In this document: positions 16,229 to 20,000 of the stretch, in pieces
Layout: each line of letters begins with the position of its first letter
Numbering within the stretch: the first letter of the stretch is position 1
Source: an uncultured virus (IMG/VR IMGVR_UViG_3300045020_000075)
Taxonomy: Duplodnaviria > Heunggongvirae > Uroviricota > Caudoviricetes
Strand: one strand, 5' to 3'
Virus record (IMG/VR): IMGVR_UViG_3300045020_000075
DNA: 20,000 nt
Made by a program: the position numbers and the translations under genes
The notes under the pieces: generated by a model
Database searches by the model: none
Seen by the model: the letters and a program-made list of their open reading frames with translations, nothing else
What the model was told of the DNA's origin: nothing

Positions 16229-16432
16229 ATGTACGTCGAGCTGAAGCTCACCTGCGAGATGGCCGACAATCGGGTCGGCGCCGTCTCGCGCGTCCTGCTG
16301 GTTTCGAACGGCGTCTATCATCCGGTCGACCGCGTGCTGCTCGAAGTCGACCTGCGTGGCGCCGAGAACCACTTCGTCAAGGGACGCTCTTACGGCGCGG
16401 CGTTCTGGCCGATCTCCAAGGAGACGCCATGA
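16229..16432 (+). CDS. Hypothetical protein (67 aa, MYVELKL...)
   Basis: ATG 2 nt after the previous stop; high-GC3 codon pattern. Confidence 0.65.
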   Translation: MYVELKLTCEMADNRVGAVSRVLLVSNGVYHPVDRVLLEVDLRGAENHFVKGRSYGAAFWPISKETP

Positions 16433-16474
16433 CGGACCAATAGACTGGGCGCGCCCGGTGCCCGGCACCGTGAC

Positions 16475-16508
16475 TTGACATCCAGTCCTGAGTAGTCCAT
16501 AACACTAC
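16475..16508 (+). promoter_or_regulatory. sigma70-like promoter with an overlapping GTAGT-N7-ACTAC palindrome
   Basis: TTGACA (16475)-17 nt-CATAAC; palindrome at 16492-16508 resembles 14222-14238. Confidence 0.7.
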
Positions 16509-16510
16509 AC

Positions 16511-16583
16511 GTCGGCGATCTTCCTCCCTGAGCCGCCGGCAGGCCGGGCGCTTGTCAAGCACCCCCGAGTGCCCGGCCTTTTC
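16511..16583 (+). ncRNA. Candidate small RNA / leader: hairpin with UUCCUCCCU loop plus terminator hairpin
   Basis: gtcggcg...ttcctccct...cgccggc, then ggccgggcgcttg...cgagtgcccggcc followed by tttt, directly after a promoter. Confidence 0.5.
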
Positions 16584-16602
16584 CCCTCTCAAGGAGACCC
16601 TC

Positions 16603-16920
16603 ATGCCGCTCCCACCACTGGAACCCGATCTCACGCTCGACCAGGCCAAGGCCGTGGTCGCCACCAAGACGGCGCCGCGCGTCACCGAGGAGTCGATCAA
16701 GGCCAAGATCGCGCACACGGCGTTCATCAGGAACGAGCAACTCACGATCGCGATCATCACGATGAAGAATGGCTTCATGGTGCATGGCGTCTCGGCACCG
16801 GCCTCGCTGCAGAATTACGACCCGCAGGTCGGCGAGCGCTACGCTTACGACAACGCGTTCAAGCAGTTGTGGCAGCTCGAAGGCTATCTGCTGCGCGAGA
16901 AGCTCTCGCAGGCTGAGTGA
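16603..16920 (+). CDS. N4 Gp49 / Sf6 gp66 family protein (Acb4-like nucleotide-signal sponge candidate)
   Basis: APRVT...LTIAIITMKNGFMVHGVSAPASLQNYDPQVG...A..NAFKQLWQLEGYLL family signature; AAGGAG RBS. Confidence 0.85.
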   Translation: MPLPPLEPDLTLDQAKAVVATKTAPRVTEESIKAKIAHTAFIRNEQLTIAIITMKNGFMVHGVSAPASLQNYDPQVGERYAYDNAFKQLWQLEGYLLREKLSQAE

Positions 16921-17258
16921 TGCAAGGCGACCCCACCTCATACGCGCCACCCCACGCCCGCCAGCAACTCGCCACCACCGAGCAGGTCCGCGACGACGCC
17001 GCCTACATCCGGCAGGCCGCCGCCTGGGTGACGGACCAGGTCGAGCTGATCAAGGAGAAGCGCACCGAGATCGACACGACGGAGCGCCCGGCCGTCGACC
17101 CGGTCGTTCGTGGCCTGCTCGACCACATGCCGCGCACCGGGGCGGTGTGGCCCGAGGCCGAGCGCAAGCAGTGGCTCGCGCTGCTCGAAGGGAGCTTCCG
17201 GCTGATCTACAAGGACGCGGCCGACAGCCGGATGGCCGCCGCGAGTACCACACCATGA
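16917..17258 (+). CDS. Hypothetical protein (about 112 aa)
   Basis: Coupled to the upstream stop; C-terminal DPVVRGLLDHMP...WPEAERKQWL...FRLIY helical domain. Confidence 0.75.
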   Translation: MMQGDPTSYAPPHARQQLATTEQVRDDAAYIRQAAAWVTDQVELIKEKRTEIDTTERPAVDPVVRGLLDHMPRTGAVWPEAERKQWLALLEGSFRLIYKDAADSRMAAASTTP

Positions 17259-17545
17259 TCTCGTCCCGCCGCGGTTTCCTGGCTGGTCTTGTCGCCTCGG
17301 CATTCGCGGCGCCCGCGATCGTGCGTGCCGCGAGCCTGATGCCCGTCAAGGCGATGCCGCCCGTCGAGACGCTGGAGGAATTGCTGCGCGCTCGGATGGA
17401 TGACGCGTATCGCGTGGTGGCGCGCAATATCGCTGCGATCATGTTCGGTTTTCCGGTCGATCATCCGGCAATTATGAGCATCGAGTTCGATGCTCCTTCC
17501 GACTACGGGATTTGCACGGTGGGATCGGCGATCTACATCCAATGA
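17255..17545 (+). CDS. Twin-arginine-signal-like phage protein
   Basis: MISSRRGFLAGLVASAFAAPAIVRAASLMPVK N-terminus. Confidence 0.75.
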   Translation: MISSRRGFLAGLVASAFAAPAIVRAASLMPVKAMPPVETLEELLRARMDDAYRVVARNIAAIMFGFPVDHPAIMSIEFDAPSDYGICTVGSAIYIQ

Positions 17546-17697
17546 CCCAACCCACCTCCATTCGCCTCGCCGAGAAGCTCAAGGCCCGCCTCAAGCGTCA
17601 CGCCCGAGCCGAGTCCCGCCCGCTCTCGGTACAAATCGTGTGGATACTCGAAAAGTGGTGCGAGTGGCGCGAAGCTCAACAGGAGAAGAAACCATGA
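17542..17697 (+). CDS. Arc/CopG-like ribbon-helix-helix regulator
   Basis: PTSIRL-AEKLKARLKRHARAESRPLSVQIVWILE strand-helix-helix pattern. Confidence 0.82.
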   Translation: MTQPTSIRLAEKLKARLKRHARAESRPLSVQIVWILEKWCEWREAQQEKKP

Positions 17698-18173
17698 CCA
17701 ACGTCTACGAAGGCAGGCCCGGCGGTGATGTGGATCGTGAAGGAGTTGACTTCGTGACGAGCAAGCCGATACTTTGCCTCGACTTCGACGGTGTGATTCA
17801 CTCCTACACGAGCGGGTGGATCGAGCACGACTTCATTCCCGATTCGCCGGTGCCGGGCGCCATGCAATTCCTCGCCGACGCTATTAAGCGGTTCGACGTG
17901 AAAATCTACTCGTCCCGTTCAGCCAAGAAGTACGACGGTGGCAAGCGCGCCATGATGACGTGGATTTCTTATTGGGCGACGAAGCAGTTGCCGAACGAGG
18001 AGCCGGACTACACGCGCAACGCCGTGATCAACGCGCTTTGCCACAACGCCGACGCGTGGCCGGACGAGAAGCCGCCGGCCTTCATCACGATCGACGACCG
18101 CGCGCTGACGTTCACGGGCGAGTGGCCGATGATCGAGGACCTGCTCGCGTTCAAGCCCTGGAACAAGAAATGA
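17694..18173 (+). CDS. HAD-superfamily phosphatase (deoxynucleotidase / PNK-phosphatase-like)
   Basis: LCLDFDGVI (motif I), IYSSR (II), EKP (III), TIDDRA (IV). Confidence 0.88.
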   Translation: MTNVYEGRPGGDVDREGVDFVTSKPILCLDFDGVIHSYTSGWIEHDFIPDSPVPGAMQFLADAIKRFDVKIYSSRSAKKYDGGKRAMMTWISYWATKQLPNEEPDYTRNAVINALCHNADAWPDEKPPAFITIDDRALTFTGEWPMIEDLLAFKPWNKK

Positions 18174-18364
18174 TCGAGCGTCAAGGCGGCAGCATTCACT
18201 TCGTTTGCGACGAGTGTCCCGATGTGTTCGAGACCGACACGGAGGACTTCTCGCCCGCGTGGGCGTCCGCCAAGCAGGCCGGCTGGCGCTCGTTCAAGAT
18301 CGGGACCGAGTGGTGTCACGCTTGCCCGGCCTGTGTCGAGAAGTTCTCGGAGCGGCAGAAGTGA
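18170..18364 (+). CDS. Small zinc-finger protein (CDEC...CPAC)
   Basis: CxxC...AKQAGW...HACPAC; overlap-coupled at both ends. Confidence 0.8.
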   Translation: MIERQGGSIHFVCDECPDVFETDTEDFSPAWASAKQAGWRSFKIGTEWCHACPACVEKFSERQK

Positions 18365-19431
18365 AGCAATACGCTCTTGTGACAACAACGATCCGAGTCC
18401 CAGAAGCGTTGCGGTTCTTCCGCAAGCTGCGTGGCTACGCGAAGTTCTACATCATTGGCGACGAGAAGAGTCCGCACGCCGAGATCGAGAAGTTCGTCGC
18501 CGACCTGCGCGATTGCCACTATTACTCGCCGGAAGCACAGAAGGCGCTCGATTTCGAGTGCTCCGATTTGATTGGTTGGAACACGATTTCACGACGCTCG
18601 ATCGGCCTGCTGCTCGCTTTGCGCGACTGTGGCAACGAGGTTATCATCTACTGGGACGACGATAATTTGAGCGTGGATACCGAGTACTTTCACAACTTCA
18701 TGCGGTTGCTCGATTACGATGCTGCCGGGATGCTTCCTATGCCGGGCGTACCTCCGTGGTACGGCCTCGAAGCACGTGCCTTGGGCTGGTTCGACCCTGG
18801 CGAATGGATGTTTCCGCGCGACGGTATCGATCCAGTGGTTCAGCGCGGCATACCGCAGCATCTCGTGCGTGGCGGTGAGATACGACAGGTAGTTGATGCG
18901 CGCATCGGTGTGGCGCAGGGCTTGATCCTCGGAGACCCAGACACAAGCGCGGTTGATCGGCTCTCGCGTTCTCCGATTGTGCACCAGATCAGCGAACTAT
19001 ATCAAGCCGGCATCGTCGTCGACCCAAAGCACACTCGGACCGTGATGAACTCGCAAAACACGGCGTTCATCCGCGAGCTTGCACCCGCCATGTTCATGCT
19101 GCCGGGAATCGGAAGATATGATGATATTTTTGCAAGTCTAATTGCGCAACGTGTCATGCGTGAGCGCGGTTACGTCACCCACTTCGGCAAACCGTTCTGT
19201 TGGCAACAGCGCAACGCCCACAACCTGATCGCCGATCTCAAGGCCGAGATATTCGGCATGGAGCACATCGTCGAGTTCGCCGAATGGCTCGACGGTCTCG
19301 ATCTCTCGACCACCAGTGTGCTCGACGCCGTGCGCGGCATCTACACGCTGATGTCCGCGCTCGACTGGATGCCACAGCAGGCTCGCGAGGCGGGACTTGC
19401 GTGGTGCGAGGATGTGGAGCGCGTGCTGTGA
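18361..19431 (+). CDS. GT75-like (reversibly glycosylated polypeptide / STELLO) glycosyltransferase or UDP-sugar mutase
   Basis: VTTTI, IIGDEKSP, RRSIG, DDDN, QRGIP, QGLILGDPD, NSQNTAF, GRYDDIF, QRNAHNL..DL..E motifs; GTG start overlaps the upstream stop. Confidence 0.82.
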   Translation: MKQYALVTTTIRVPEALRFFRKLRGYAKFYIIGDEKSPHAEIEKFVADLRDCHYYSPEAQKALDFECSDLIGWNTISRRSIGLLLALRDCGNEVIIYWDDDNLSVDTEYFHNFMRLLDYDAAGMLPMPGVPPWYGLEARALGWFDPGEWMFPRDGIDPVVQRGIPQHLVRGGEIRQVVDARIGVAQGLILGDPDTSAVDRLSRSPIVHQISELYQAGIVVDPKHTRTVMNSQNTAFIRELAPAMFMLPGIGRYDDIFASLIAQRVMRERGYVTHFGKPFCWQQRNAHNLIADLKAEIFGMEHIVEFAEWLDGLDLSTTSVLDAVRGIYTLMSALDWMPQQAREAGLAWCEDVERVL

Positions 19432-19574
19432 TCGACTACATCGACCTCCGATCCGCCGTCGACCTCGCTGTCGCGCGCGGCTACGGCCCGCTCACCCGCT
19501 GGTGGTGGGCGTGGCGCTACGCGACCAAGCGGCGCGTGCGGTGGCATCCTCGGGTGTGGCAGAGGTGGATATGA
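19428..19574 (+). CDS. 48-aa Trp/Arg-rich peptide
   Basis: GTGA and ATGA overlaps at the two ends; RWWWAWRYATKRRVRWHPRVWQRW. Confidence 0.6.
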   Translation: MIDYIDLRSAVDLAVARGYGPLTRWWWAWRYATKRRVRWHPRVWQRWI

Positions 19575-20000
19575 CCAAGCGCCTCTCCCTCGCGTTCACG
19601 ACCCGCGACCGCGTCGAGTTGTCTGAGCGCTCGATCGAGCCGCTGATCCACGACGACATTGACCTGTGGATCATGGACGGGTCGAAGACAGAGAAAGGAT
19701 CAGATTTTCTCGGCGAATGGACCGATGAAAATGTTCACATTCGTGCTAACGTGACAGGAGGCGCCGATCGAGCGATCTGTTACGCCCTCACCACGCTCCT
19801 GCAGGAGACCGACAATGAGTTTTTGGGCATCTGCGAGAACGACTGTCTGCTTCATCCTGATTGGCTCGGTCCTACTCTTGCTCTCTTCGAACGCGGCCGA
19901 GCCGATGGTCTGGACGTGGGAGCGGTCTCGGCTCGCTGTTATGCCGATCGAATACTCGTGCAGCGTGACGGGCATGCCGTCATGCAAAACCTGGGCGCCG
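19571..20000 (+). CDS. GT-A fold (GT2-like) glycosyltransferase, truncated by the window end
   Basis: Not in the ORF track. Manual translation MTKRLSLAFTTRDR...LWIMDGSK...FLGICENDCLLHPDWL..., the GT2 N-terminal pattern with an END variant of DxD. Confidence 0.8.
   Translation, partial: MTKRLSLAFTTRDRVELSERSIEPLIHDDIDLWIMDGSKTEKGSDFLGEWTDENVHIRANVTGGADRAICYALTTLLQETDNEFLGICENDCLLHPDWLGPTLALFERGRADGLDVGAVSARCYADRILVQRDGHAVMQNLGA

Overview
GC-rich tailed-phage (or prophage) DNA, probably from an alphaproteobacterial host. The host is inferred only from composition, promoter style and a twin-arginine 'RRGFL...AAPAIVRAASLMPV' protein. No integrase, structural, terminase, tRNA or CRISPR features are visible. 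Layout: (1) 1-8200, a leftward replication operon with an SNF2 helicase (truncated), VRR-NUC nuclease, Cas4-like PD-(D/E)XK exonuclease, PAPS-reductase-family protein, an unusually substituted family A DNA polymerase, HTH proteins and an Ala-repeat protein. (2) 8418-10766, a divergently transcribed PrimPol-PriCT2-VapE primase-helicase, immediately followed by a GGAAC iteron cluster (candidate origin). (3) 10940-13480, an array of tiny orphan genes in cassettes sharing a promoter/operator box (TTGACA-N9/10-GTARRGAGTA) and RBS (AGGGGTAA), with one cassette bracketed by 55-bp direct repeats. (4) About 13830-14210, a non-coding stretch, partly AT-rich. (5) 14214-20000, rightward operons behind two promoters sharing a GTAGT-N7-ACTAC palindrome. 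These carry a candidate anti-Shine-Dalgarno-loop small RNA, a Gp49/Sf6-gp66 (Acb4-like sponge) gene, an Arc-like RHH protein, a HAD phosphatase, a GT75 (RGP/STELLO-like) enzyme and a GT2 glycosyltransferase. All family calls come from motif recognition by eye; no searches were run.
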